Shown piece after piece: positions 16,954 to 26,261 of a DNA stretch of 50,665 nucleotides. Location of the stretch: positions 1 through 50,665 of the forward strand of contig JBDRLP010000044.1 of assembly GCA_043812975.1 (NCBI GenBank). Reading direction: 5' to 3'. This stretch comes from Candidatus Iainarchaeum sp. (GTDB taxonomy: Archaea > Iainarchaeota > Iainarchaeia > Iainarchaeales > Iainarchaeaceae). The notes below the pieces were generated by a model. That model had not been told where the DNA came from, did no database searches, and was given only the letters and a program-made list of their open reading frames with translations. Numbering within the stretch: position 1 is the first letter of the stretch; every line of letters begins with the position of its first letter. Position numbers and translations under genes: made by a program.

Positions 16954-17139
16954 TTATTTTGCAGAGTATTTTTGTTGAAGTTCTTTTTGTCCTTCCTTGT
17001 CGATTTCCACTGCTATTCCTATGTATCCGCAGTTCCTGCAATGTATTTCATTACGAGAAATCGTGTAGCTTCCTGAAGGGTCAATTATGTTTTCAGACCC
17101 GCAATTTGTACAAACTTTAATGAGTTTCTCATATGCCAT
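16954..17139 (-). CDS. C4 zinc-ribbon protein without TM helix (paralog 3, possibly truncated)
   Basis: EKLIKVCTNCGS...CRNCGY...KEGQKELQQKY aligns with paralog 2. Confidence 0.7.
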   Translation of the reverse strand: MAYEKLIKVCTNCGSENIIDPSGSYTISRNEIHCRNCGYIGIAVEIDKEGQKELQQKYSAK

Positions 17140-17180
17140 GGTTAATTTATTTTAAGAAATATATAAAAAGAGTCATATTT

Positions 17181-18095
17181 TCACAATTCAATTTCCAATA
17201 AATCCTTTGCTACAACCACATTCGGAAAGCTTGCTCTTGCTTCATTCTCAAACTTTTCATTTTCCTTGTGCCTTGCACTCAAATGGAATAATACTAGTTT
17301 TTTTGCGTTTGTTTGTTTTGCAACATCTCCCGCTTGCAGTGCAGTTGAGTGCATTGTTTCTTTTGCGCGTTCTTTCATCTTATCCAAAAATGAGGATTCG
17401 TGAATTAAAATATCTGATTCTTCTATTGCTTTGTAATAATTTTTTGTAGGAAGCGTGTCAAAAATCATTGAAACTTTTCTTCCGGGTCTTGCTTTCTTTT
17501 TATCAAGCACATCTTCAGGAGAAATTGTTTTTCCATTTACTTTCACTTTTTTTCCTTTCTGCAAATCACTAAAAAGCGGTCCGATCGGAATTCCGAGTTT
17601 AATTGCTTTTACTCGGTTAAATTCCCCTCCCTTATCCTTTTCTTTAAACACGTAACCAAAGCATTCAACTTCGTGGTTGAGCGGAGCAGCTGTAACTGAA
17701 AACTTTTCTTCTTCAAGAATTTTTCCTTTCTTTACTTCAACAGTCTTTACTTCAAATCCAGGAGTCAGCATTGCAATTTTCAGCATTGAATCAACTTTTC
17801 CTTTTATTCCTTTCGGACCATAAATTGTTATTGGCCAGTCTCTTCCGTGAATATTCATAGTTGCAAGTAAACCGCCTAAACCCAGAATGTGATCTGCGTG
17901 AAAATGAGAAATAAAAACATGGTTTATTTTCAGATAACTGACCTTAGAATTCATCATTTGTCTTTGTGTTCCTTCAGGAACATCAAATAAAAGCCATTCC
18001 CCCTCAAATCTAATCGCTACGCTGTTCAAACCCCTGTTCTTTGTGGGTGTGCTAGCACTTGTGCCTAAAAAAACTATTTTTACTTTATCGCTCAT
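17181..18095 (-). CDS. rnz: Ribonuclease Z
   Basis: FLGTSASTPT, EGTQRQ, SHFHADH, GIPIGP exosite, HST, FHLSAR; ATG 18095. Confidence 0.95.
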   Translation of the reverse strand: MSDKVKIVFLGTSASTPTKNRGLNSVAIRFEGEWLLFDVPEGTQRQMMNSKVSYLKINHVFISHFHADHILGLGGLLATMNIHGRDWPITIYGPKGIKGKVDSMLKIAMLTPGFEVKTVEVKKGKILEEEKFSVTAAPLNHEVECFGYVFKEKDKGGEFNRVKAIKLGIPIGPLFSDLQKGKKVKVNGKTISPEDVLDKKKARPGRKVSMIFDTLPTKNYYKAIEESDILIHESSFLDKMKERAKETMHSTALQAGDVAKQTNAKKLVLFHLSARHKENEKFENEARASFPNVVVAKDLLEIEL

Positions 18096-18156
18096 GTAAA
18101 CCAGTTTAGATTGTTCAAGCAAACTATTTAATTCATTCTCTTTTATATAGTATAAT

Positions 18157-21100
18157 ATGGCTGACTTATTAAAACTCAAATCCACAAAAGAAGTCCAAGT
18201 TCCTAAGTTAATGTTAGATCAGATTATTGGTCAGGAAAAAACAGTTGAGTTAATCAGAAAAGCAGCTATTCAAAAAAGAAATGTTTTACTTATTGGAATT
18301 CCGGGAACCGGGAAGTCAATGCTTGCTAAAGCAATGTCTGAAATAATGCCTTTACAAAGACTGGTTGATGTTCTTGTTTACCCTAATGTAGAAGACCAAA
18401 ATAATCCAAAAATAAGAAGTATTAGAGCAGGCCAGGGAAAAAAAGTTTTGGAACAGGCAAGGCTTGAAAACAAAGCACAGGAAGACAACATGCGTTTGTT
18501 AGGTTTAATTCTTCCTCTTGGATGGTTTATACTGAGTTACGTTGTATGGTCCTTGGGTTTTATGCCTGATGTTGTTTATGCAGCCACTTTAATCCTCGGC
18601 GGATTTTTGATGATTGGTTTTGCTTTGGGCGCACAAGTTAAAATGAAATCCGGTTCTGTTGCACCAAAACTTTTGATTAATAATGCTACAAAAAAAATTG
18701 CACCTTTCTTTGAAGCAACAGGTGCAAGAGCAGGAGCGCTTTTAGGAGACGTCCGCCACGACCCATTGCAGTGTATTTTGCCAGACCAACTTGTTTCTTT
18801 GCCAAACGGGAAGCAGATTAAAGCAGGGGAGTTGCTTGATGCTTTCTTTTTAGGTTTTTCTGGTAATGAAAAAGACCTTAAAAATGAAGAATTATTTGAA
18901 GTTCTTAGCGGAGTTGAAAATAAATTCTGTTATTCAAATGCTGAAGTTACAAAAGTTTTTAGGCGAAAGTTTGAAGGCGACATTGTAGAAATTAAAACCA
19001 GGAAAGGTTATTCTTTGAAGGTTACTCCTAATCATCCTATTGCTGTTTTTAATGATCGAGGGAAAGTTGAATTTTTTGATGCAGGTAAAGTGACTAAAGG
19101 TCTGTTTTCGATTGTACCTGAGAGGCTTCCTATTAACGCTAAAGTAAGTCTTCCTAGAGAAAAGATTGTTGTGCTTGCTGATATTTTGGCTGATGGGCAT
19201 ATCGCAAAAAGAAATGTGCAGTTTAAGCTTAGGAGAAAATATAAAATAGATAAAATCGAACATGATTTGAAAAAAGCTAAATTAAATTTTACTAAACGCG
19301 TTGATGGTAAAAATACAAGAATAGATTTGAATTCTGCGGAGTTTGTAAGGTGGCTAAATAAAATAGGTGCTTTGTCAAGCGGCAAAAAATCATTGCCTTC
19401 TTTACTTTTTGACCAATCAAGGGATTTGATTGAATTGTTTGTTATTAATTATATTTCTCTTGATGGTTATGTTAACCGGACTGGTCAGTTTGAGCTTCTT
19501 TCAAAAGAACTTATTCCTGATTTTATATCTTTACTTCTCAAGATTGGCATAAAACCAAATTATCGGCCAAGGTTAGATACTGGTTTTAAGAAAGGGAATT
19601 TACAGCCCAGAATAACTTTTCAAGATATCTCTTTTGCAAAAAATTATTTTGAAGCAACCGTTAGTAACATTCATAAGAATAATTTGAAAGATTATCTTTT
19701 GAAAACTGGTTATCACCATGTTACTTTTGATGACATAGTTCCAGTTGATTTTTCTTTGCTTGAAAAATTCAGATTAAAAACAGGTTTATCTAAAAACAAA
19801 GTTCATAGTGCCTACTATGCTTTGAATAAGAGCGTTGGCACAGCTAAAAGTCCCACAAGGTCTTTTTTGCAGGAAGTTGTTTCAAAATTCACCAGTATCA
19901 CAAACGATCCTGCTTTATTTGAATTAAGAGATGTTATTCAAGGCACTTTTTCTTATGATGAAATTGTTGAAGTGAAAAAAACTCCTTATTCCGGTTTTGT
20001 GTATAACATGACGACTTCTACAGGAACCTATCTTGTGAATAATGTTCTGACACACAATTCAGGCGGTCTAGGAACTCCTGCGCATTTAAGAGTTGAACCA
20101 GGAATGATTCATAAGGCTTCAGGAGGAGTTTTGTTTGTTGATGAAATTGCAACTCTTACGATGAAATCTCAGCAGGAATTGCTGACTGCGATGCAGGAAA
20201 AAAAGTATTCTATTACTGGCCAGTCTGAAATGTCTTCCGGAGCAATGACAAGAACAGATCCGATTCCGTGCGATTTTGTTTTAGTTGCAGCAGGAAGCTA
20301 CAATGATCTTGAAAAGGTTCACCCTGCATTGAGAAGCAGAATCAGAGGTTATGGTTATGAGGCTTACATGAATATTGAAATGGATGATACTGGAGAAAAC
20401 AGGAATAAGATTGTGCAATTTATTGCACAGGAAGTTATTAATGATAATAAAATTCCGCACTTTGCAATGGATGCTGTTAATGAAATTATTTTTGAGGCAA
20501 GAAGACGTGCTGGAAAAAAGAAAAAACTTACATTAAAACTTCGCGACCTTGGCGGATTAGTAAGAGCTGCAGGTGACATTGCTGTTGAAAAGAATCATGC
20601 TCTTGTTATTTCTCAGGATGTTGTTGAGGCAAAGATGTCTGCAAGAACACTCGAACAGCAGATGGTTCAAAAGATAATTGAGGATAGAAAGAATTATGAC
20701 GTCTATAATTTTGAAGGAAGTGCTGTTGGCAGGGTCAATGGTTTGGCTGTTATGGCTGATGGTGATGCTGGTTTGATTATGCCTATTGAGGCAGAAATTG
20801 CCCCTGCACAATCCAGTGCTGAAGGAAAGATTATTGCAACAGGAAAACTTGGGGAAATTGCAAGGGAAGCTGTACAGAATGTTTCAGCAATCATAAAGAA
20901 GCTTTCAGGAAAGGATATTTCCAAGCATGATCTGCACATTCAGTTTTTGCAGTCTTATAGTGGTGTTGAAGGGGATTCAGCTTCTGTGAGTGTTGCGACA
21001 GCAGTTGTTTCTGCTTTGGAAGGAATACCTATAAAACAAAATTTGGCAATGACTGGTTCTTTAAGTGTAAGAGGAGAGGTTATGCCTGTTGGCGGTGTTA

Positions 21101-21351
21101 CTTCAAAAATTACTGCTGCTGTTGATGCGGGTTTTAAGGAAGTAATAATTCCTCATTCAAACTTAGCTGATGTTGTTTTGTCTGATGAAAAATTAAAAAA
21201 AGTAAAAATAATTCCTGTAAAAAATCTTTCAGAAGTTCTTGAGTACGCATTTGTTAAAAGCACGGCAAAAACCAAGCTTCTAACAAGCTTGAAAAAACTA
21301 ATGAAAATAAATTTAACTAAAGTATTGAAAGAAACAAAAAATGTTTCTTAA
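18157..21351 (+). CDS. lonB: Membrane-anchored ATP-dependent protease LonB, intein-containing
   Basis: GIPGTGKS, two TM helices, FVDEI, EGDSAS catalytic Ser and GGVTSK Lys. Confidence 0.95.
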   Translation: MADLLKLKSTKEVQVPKLMLDQIIGQEKTVELIRKAAIQKRNVLLIGIPGTGKSMLAKAMSEIMPLQRLVDVLVYPNVEDQNNPKIRSIRAGQGKKVLEQARLENKAQEDNMRLLGLILPLGWFILSYVVWSLGFMPDVVYAATLILGGFLMIGFALGAQVKMKSGSVAPKLLINNATKKIAPFFEATGARAGALLGDVRHDPLQCILPDQLVSLPNGKQIKAGELLDAFFLGFSGNEKDLKNEELFEVLSGVENKFCYSNAEVTKVFRRKFEGDIVEIKTRKGYSLKVTPNHPIAVFNDRGKVEFFDAGKVTKGLFSIVPERLPINAKVSLPREKIVVLADILADGHIAKRNVQFKLRRKYKIDKIEHDLKKAKLNFTKRVDGKNTRIDLNSAEFVRWLNKIGALSSGKKSLPSLLFDQSRDLIELFVINYISLDGYVNRTGQFELLSKELIPDFISLLLKIGIKPNYRPRLDTGFKKGNLQPRITFQDISFAKNYFEATVSNIHKNNLKDYLLKTGYHHVTFDDIVPVDFSLLEKFRLKTGLSKNKVHSAYYALNKSVGTAKSPTRSFLQEVVSKFTSITNDPALFELRDVIQGTFSYDEIVEVKKTPYSGFVYNMTTSTGTYLVNNVLTHNSGGLGTPAHLRVEPGMIHKASGGVLFVDEIATLTMKSQQELLTAMQEKKYSITGQSEMSSGAMTRTDPIPCDFVLVAAGSYNDLEKVHPALRSRIRGYGYEAYMNIEMDDTGENRNKIVQFIAQEVINDNKIPHFAMDAVNEIIFEARRRAGKKKKLTLKLRDLGGLVRAAGDIAVEKNHALVISQDVVEAKMSARTLEQQMVQKIIEDRKNYDVYNFEGSAVGRVNGLAVMADGDAGLIMPIEAEIAPAQSSAEGKIIATGKLGEIAREAVQNVSAIIKKLSGKDISKHDLHIQFLQSYSGVEGDSASVSVATAVVSALEGIPIKQNLAMTGSLSVRGEVMPVGGVTSKITAAVDAGFKEVIIPHSNLADVVLSDEKLKKVKIIPVKNLSEVLEYAFVKSTAKTKLLTSLKKLMKINLTKVLKETKNVS
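18772..20058 (+). mobile_element. 429-aa intein with LAGLIDADG homing endonuclease in LonB
   Basis: RHDPLQ|CILP...VTPNHP...VYNM...VLTHN|SGGLG; LADILADG and YISLDG motifs. Confidence 0.95.
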
Positions 21352-21870
21352 TTAACGATTTCTTTTTCTGTTATCTGGTTGTTTTAATTCTGCTCTTAGT
21401 TTGTAAATTGTCCTTCTCAATTTACTTGCTATTTCATAAGCTTCACGTCCTTTAACTAGTCTTCCATTATATTTTCTGCTTTTTTCAAGAGTTTCCGCTT
21501 GATTTATAAGTTGTTGAATCCTGCTTTGTTTTCTTGCTTTGCCATCTGTCTTTTTTGATTTAGTAGTTGCTCTTGGTTTAGTAGGAATCGGAACAGTCAC
21601 ATGTTTAGTTGACACACGTATAAATTTTTTCCGGGTTACTTGTAAAGTAGAAGTTTCTTGCGGATTGTATTTTGTTGATCCTTTAACTATTTTAGTAGTT
21701 TGTGTTCCAATTTCTATTACAGAAACTCTTGGACCAGAACTCTTTATTCTGCCTCTCTTTCCTGTATGTTGACCACCAGTAACATGAACTTTTTGACCAC
21801 TAGTAAAAGTAGGTTGCTTCGGTCGACGTGTGTTATGCTGACCTGTTGAACGTCTTCGTGGCCCTGGCAT
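21352..21870 (-). CDS. Highly basic hypothetical protein with KOW-like motif
   Basis: GQKVHVTGGQHTGKRGRI resembles a KOW motif; TTTAAA TATA about 25 nt upstream. Confidence 0.7.
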   Translation of the reverse strand: MPGPRRRSTGQHNTRRPKQPTFTSGQKVHVTGGQHTGKRGRIKSSGPRVSVIEIGTQTTKIVKGSTKYNPQETSTLQVTRKKFIRVSTKHVTVPIPTKPRATTKSKKTDGKARKQSRIQQLINQAETLEKSRKYNGRLVKGREAYEIASKLRRTIYKLRAELKQPDNRKRNR

Positions 21871-21903
21871 GTAATAGTTAAGTTTTCCATTGTTTAAAAA
21901 ACT

Positions 21904-23139
21904 TTAGTTCAGCAGTACTCTTCCTTCGCTTAAAATAAATTGTCCTTCTTTTAGTTCAACTACTTTGCTTGTTTTTTTGGTTTTGTAAGTGATGCTGTCT
22001 TTTCGTTTAATAGATTCTACTGAACCAATCCATTTTCCATCTTCACTGTAAACAGGCAGACCAATTAGTATTTCGGTTATCTTTTTTCTCAGGTCAAGAA
22101 CTTGCGATATTTTATAAGTTATTACTCCGAACACAAAGCTTGCTATTACGTTTGAACTGAACCATGCAAGATCCGCATATGGTGCTCCGACTATAACTTG
22201 TCTTGTTGCATCCATGATAAACCAAAGTATGAATACTGCTGCTCCGGTAACAAAGTATTTCCTAATAAGAAATGCTTTTTTGAGTTGTATGGCATCAACA
22301 CTTTTTCCAACTACAAATGAAATTGAGCTTAAAGCAAGGAACAACAGCATCTGCCCGACTGCTCCTGAAGCTCTTGCAAAAACACTGTTTCCAAGTGTGT
22401 TGAATTCTGTGAATGTTGCCCATGAACCAATTATGAATAGTAAAATCGTCATCAAATAGAAAGGAAAACTTACTCTTTGCAGTGACATGCTTTTGGTTAC
22501 GGTGTAAATTACTCCTGCAATCTTGTCTTCTAATCCAGTTCCTTTCAGAATTAAATAAGATCCAACGACTATGAGCATGCTTTGGAAGAATAGTTTTTCA
22601 GCTCCGGCAAATGCCAAAACACCCCAAAGAAGTACAATGATTCCCGGAAGCAAAATGAAAGGTCTAGAAAAATCAGGGTCTTTTAATGCCTGTTTTATTG
22701 TGTAATAAGTCGATTCAACTTCTGAAGCCTGCTTTACAATAATTGTTTCTTTTGAAACGATCGGAGCTCTTCCCTGTATTATTGGGATAACCTGATCATC
22801 TTCTGCTCCGTCAGTTACTAATACGACTCCTGTTGCAGGAAACTCATCTAGCACAGCATCAAGTTGTTGAACAATTTTATGGTCTGATTCAAATCCTGTT
22901 TTTCCATAACCCGTAAGTATAGCTACTTGTGCATTTGAATAATTTTTTACTTCGTCAAATTTTTTTACTGCGCCAAAAATGCTGTTTGAGTCAGAATCAG
23001 TAGGGTCATTAATAGCGAGTTTTGCTGCTGCATTTATGCAGGCAGTTCTGCCTATTATTGGTCCGCTGATGCCTGCTTTTTTTCCAAGATCATTGTCTCG
23101 GTCAACGCATAATACCAATAAACTCTCATTTTTTACCAT
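21904..23139 (-). CDS. DUF373-family membrane protein with C-terminal PRC-barrel-like domain
   Basis: LVLCVDRDNDLG, DPTDSDSN, VTDGAEDD; C-terminal IGLPVYSEDGKWIGSV. Confidence 0.88.
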   Translation of the reverse strand: MVKNESLLVLCVDRDNDLGKKAGISGPIIGRTACINAAAKLAINDPTDSDSNSIFGAVKKFDEVKNYSNAQVAILTGYGKTGFESDHKIVQQLDAVLDEFPATGVVLVTDGAEDDQVIPIIQGRAPIVSKETIIVKQASEVESTYYTIKQALKDPDFSRPFILLPGIIVLLWGVLAFAGAEKLFFQSMLIVVGSYLILKGTGLEDKIAGVIYTVTKSMSLQRVSFPFYLMTILLFIIGSWATFTEFNTLGNSVFARASGAVGQMLLFLALSSISFVVGKSVDAIQLKKAFLIRKYFVTGAAVFILWFIMDATRQVIVGAPYADLAWFSSNVIASFVFGVITYKISQVLDLRKKITEILIGLPVYSEDGKWIGSVESIKRKDSITYKTKKTSKVVELKEGQFILSEGRVLLN

Positions 23140-23224
23140 TTGACCATCACTTATGTATTTAAATGAATTAATTGTATATAACCTTATATATAAAAGATAA
23201 TTAATTGAGGTTTAGTGATCATAA

Positions 23225-24157
23225 TTGCCGTCAGACAACGTGAAATTCTTTGTTTTCATAATCCTGTTTGCTTTTGCTATAACAGTGCTTTTTGTACTTA
23301 TTAATAATTTCCAAGCCATTGTTGATAATGCCATATGGATAATCCCTCTGTTTTTGATACTTTTCCTTTTCGCGAGGTTTGATTATCTGCTTACTTTGAA
23401 GGATTATGAAAGAGCAGTTGTATTCAGGTTTGGAAAAGTTAAAAGAGTTGCAGGCCCAGGATGGACTATAATAATTCCTCCGTTTGAAAACGCCACTATT
23501 GTAGACACAAGAACAAGAACAATTGATATTCCAAGACAGGATATTGTTACTGAGGATAATGTTGAGGTTACTATTGATGCGGTTATTTATTTAAGAGTAA
23601 AAAAAGATAGTGCTTCCATAATTAATAGTGTGATTGAGGTTGTTGATTATGTCAGGGCTTCTGAACAGTTTGTTATTGGTTTAATCAGGGATAAAGCAGG
23701 TTCTTTGACACTTGCGGAATTAATTTCAAGTATTGAAGAATTGAATAAGGATTTAAGAGTTGAACTTGAAAGGCTTGCTCAAAAGTGGGGGATTCAAATT
23801 GAAGAGGTTGCAATAAAAGACATCCAGATTCCAAAAACAATTATCAGTGCAATGCATGAACAAAAAGCAGCGGTGCAAAAAAAGTTTGCACGAATGGAAG
23901 GAGCTAAAGCGCATCAGGCTGAGATTGAAGCAGTCAAAGCCGCTGCAATGGGCCTTGATAATCAGGCACTTGCGTATTATTATGTTAAAGCTCTTGAAAA
24001 ACTCGGAGAAGGAAAAAGCACAAAATTTATTTTTCCAATGGAACTTACAAAGCTTGCACAATCCTTTTCAGGAAAAGACATGTCCCACGAAGAACTTGAA
24101 GCTCTGATGAAACAATATGCTCCAGCAATAAAAGCATTTTTGAAAAAGAAAAAATAA
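23225..24157 (+). CDS. SPFH/stomatin (band 7) membrane protein
   Basis: YERAVVFRFGK..GPG, QDIVTEDNV, KWGIQIEEV.IKDI. Confidence 0.92.
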   Translation: MPSDNVKFFVFIILFAFAITVLFVLINNFQAIVDNAIWIIPLFLILFLFARFDYLLTLKDYERAVVFRFGKVKRVAGPGWTIIIPPFENATIVDTRTRTIDIPRQDIVTEDNVEVTIDAVIYLRVKKDSASIINSVIEVVDYVRASEQFVIGLIRDKAGSLTLAELISSIEELNKDLRVELERLAQKWGIQIEEVAIKDIQIPKTIISAMHEQKAAVQKKFARMEGAKAHQAEIEAVKAAAMGLDNQALAYYYVKALEKLGEGKSTKFIFPMELTKLAQSFSGKDMSHEELEALMKQYAPAIKAFLKKKK

Positions 24158-24271
24158 AACTTGCGCTTTTTTTAGTATTGCCAGCTTCAATTCTTTGGTG
24201 AGATTTTTCTGAGTTTGAATAAGGAGCAAGTTTAAATATACTTTGTGTATTTTGTATATTTAGTGGTTTTT

Positions 24272-24499
24272 ATGGCTAAGACTTTGAGGGTTGAGGACAG
24301 TACTTATGCAATGGTTATGGATTTGGTCGGCAGGATTCAGATGCGTAAAAAAAAGCGTGTTACTGTTGATGTTGCTTTGAGAGAAGTTGTTTCAAAGGAA
24401 ACAACCAAAAAAGATCCGGATGCGTGGAATAAGTTTGAGAAACTTTCTTTCAGCGGACCCAAAACCAATAGTGTTGAAGACATTGATTTGTTGCAGTGA
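24272..24499 (+). CDS. Putative VapB-type antitoxin
   Basis: MAKTLRVEDSTY RHH-like start; GTGA overlap with the PIN toxin gene. Confidence 0.7.
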   Translation: MAKTLRVEDSTYAMVMDLVGRIQMRKKKRVTVDVALREVVSKETTKKDPDAWNKFEKLSFSGPKTNSVEDIDLLQ

Positions 24500-24897
24500 T
24501 TGAATTGGCTTTTGTTGACTCAAACATTTGGATAGCTTATCTGAATAAGGAAGATAAATTCCACAGGAAATCTTTGGATGTATTATCCAGACTTAAAAGG
24601 ATGGAAAGGATATTTGTTTCCTCGGGAATAGTTTATGAGGTCGTTAATTTTCTTTTCAAGCTGAAAGGAAAAAAAGTTGCAGATGGGACATTGGATTTTT
24701 TCCTGTCTTCACCCCAAATTGAAATAGTTGTTCCAAGTGATGAAACTTGGGAGAAAACAGTGAGCATCTTTAAAGAAAATGAATTAAGCCTCACTGATGC
24801 ACAGATTGTTGCATGCATGTATGAGAAAAAAGAAAAAGAAATTTACTCGTTCGACAGGCATTTTGATACTATCAAATCAATAGAAAGAATTTCATAA
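24496..24897 (+). CDS. vapC: VapC-family PIN-domain toxin
   Basis: FVDSNIWIA, VYEV, LSLTDA, YSFDRHFD. Confidence 0.9.
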   Translation: MIELAFVDSNIWIAYLNKEDKFHRKSLDVLSRLKRMERIFVSSGIVYEVVNFLFKLKGKKVADGTLDFFLSSPQIEIVVPSDETWEKTVSIFKENELSLTDAQIVACMYEKKEKEIYSFDRHFDTIKSIERIS

Positions 24898-24979
24898 AAA
24901 TAAAGTTTTATCGGGATAAAAAAACCAGGCCAAAAGGAATAAATTGTTTCCAGTCCCATATACTATTAGGTGAATTGTC

Positions 24980-25204
24980 ATGAAGATTAAAGCGTTTGAT
25001 GTTGTTATTGAAAAAGATGGTGATTCTGGGCAGTTTTTTGCTTCTGTGCCTGCTTTGCCAGGATGTTATTCGTATGCTCGTTCTATTGAGGAACTGATGG
25101 ATGGAATTAAGGAAGCTATTGAATTGCATTTAAGTGTTTTAAAAAGTGAGAAAATTAAGGTTGACTCTGGTTCTGTTGTAGGGATGATTAAGGTCATTGT
25201 ATGA
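24980..25204 (+). CDS. hicB: HicB-family antitoxin (short form)
   Basis: VVIEKD...FFASVPALPGCYS..RSIEELMDGIKEAIELHL; AGGTGA SD. Confidence 0.9.
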   Translation: MKIKAFDVVIEKDGDSGQFFASVPALPGCYSYARSIEELMDGIKEAIELHLSVLKSEKIKVDSGSVVGMIKVIV

Positions 25205-25284
25205 AACTTCCTGGGTATCAATTGAAACTATTCTTAGTTCGTGTAGCTGGAATTCAATTTACAGCAATTGTTCAGCGTTTTTGA
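25201..25284 (+). pseudogene. Possible hicA remnant
   Basis: ATGA-coupled to hicB and begins MKLP as many HicA proteins do, then loses similarity (27 codons). Confidence 0.4.
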
Positions 25285-25555
25285 GTGAACTGAGGTATTG
25301 TTCTTTTGTCACTGGGTTTTTTATTCCCAGTTCCGCAAGTTTTTCCATTATTTCACTGGTTGTTATGCCTGCTTTTTCTGCAGCCTTTCCTATTGATATT
25401 TTTCCGTTTTTGTATTGGTCTATGGCGAGCTGCAGTCTTCCCAGGCCTATGAGGTCGCGTATTATTTTTGCTTTGTCTGCCTTTTCTTCCTTGGCTTCAA
25501 GTTTCACAAAGTCAAGGTCATCTTTTTCCAGTCTCATGCTCATAACTTCCTGCAT
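25259..25555 (-). CDS. UPF0175-family putative antitoxin
   Basis: LAIDQYKNGKISIGKAAEKAGI...LAELGI. Confidence 0.85.
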   Translation of the reverse strand: MQEVMSMRLEKDDLDFVKLEAKEEKADKAKIIRDLIGLGRLQLAIDQYKNGKISIGKAAEKAGITTSEIMEKLAELGIKNPVTKEQYLSSLKNAEQLL

Positions 25556-26055
25556 TATTTACACCTCCTTAGTTTTTCCCTAAAATCTTCAATTATTTCT
25601 TTTGAGTATCTCCCATAATGTTCCAAATTCTCTAGTTTCAAGTTTGCCTGCTGTGAGTCCAGCATTTTCTTTTCGGCTAGTTTCAGCAGTATTGCCAGAC
25701 TTGAAATGTATTTTATTTCAAGCACAGTGCATGCCTTCATTGCTGCATAATCATCGGTCGCAATTCCTTTGTAATTCATTTCCAGACAAAGTGCTATTGT
25801 TTCTGCTTCTCCTTTGTGCAGGTTGAAATCTTTCATTATTCTTTCCGTGGTTTTTTTATTTTTTGGTTTTTTTAGGATAATTTTTCCATCTGTGATTCTT
25901 TTTTTTATGAGTGATGCATCGAATGATTTTTTTCTTGTAGCCTCATTTTTAACTTCCTGCGAAATAACCATCCTGTTGGGGTTCAGCTCTATAAACAAGT
26001 CCAGCAGTTCCGTTTTTGCCAGCAGTATTAATGTTGAAGCATCAACCACAAGCAT
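25555..26055 (-). CDS. PIN-domain putative toxin (COG2405/DUF3368-like)
   Basis: VVDASTLILLAK, LHKGEAETIAL, ATDD. Confidence 0.85.
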   Translation of the reverse strand: MLVVDASTLILLAKTELLDLFIELNPNRMVISQEVKNEATRKKSFDASLIKKRITDGKIILKKPKNKKTTERIMKDFNLHKGEAETIALCLEMNYKGIATDDYAAMKACTVLEIKYISSLAILLKLAEKKMLDSQQANLKLENLEHYGRYSKEIIEDFREKLRRCK

Positions 26056-26073
26056 GTAGTATATTATACTACA
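26055..26073. promoter_or_regulatory. Palindromic operator at the start of the PIN/UPF0175 operon
   Basis: TGTAGTATA-T-TATACTACA perfect inverted repeat between the TATA box and the start codon. Confidence 0.6.
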
Positions 26074-26261
26074 AGTGTAATATAAATGTTTGTTTTTCTT
26101 AGGCTGTTCATTTTGAGCAAGAATGCTATTTTCCTGTTTTGGGAGTATTTATATATTTAAATCATCTCATTTTACTTTTATGCAGAGTAAAGATTTTGCT
26201 CAGGGTGCTTTGGAGTATTTGCTTGGTATGTCTTTGTAAACATATTTGAAATCTTTGCAAA

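Noticed and set aside
18096-18185. Apparent overlap of rnz and lonB 5' ends
   Set aside because: The rnz homology starts at ATG 18095; the interval is a compact divergent promoter
26180-26239. Short ORF or displaced second half of hicA
   Set aside because: Only 19 codons, and no HicA GSH motif was seen
24158-26261. Direct repeats bounding the three-module TA island
   Set aside because: Only 7-13 bp AT-rich partial matches, compatible with chance
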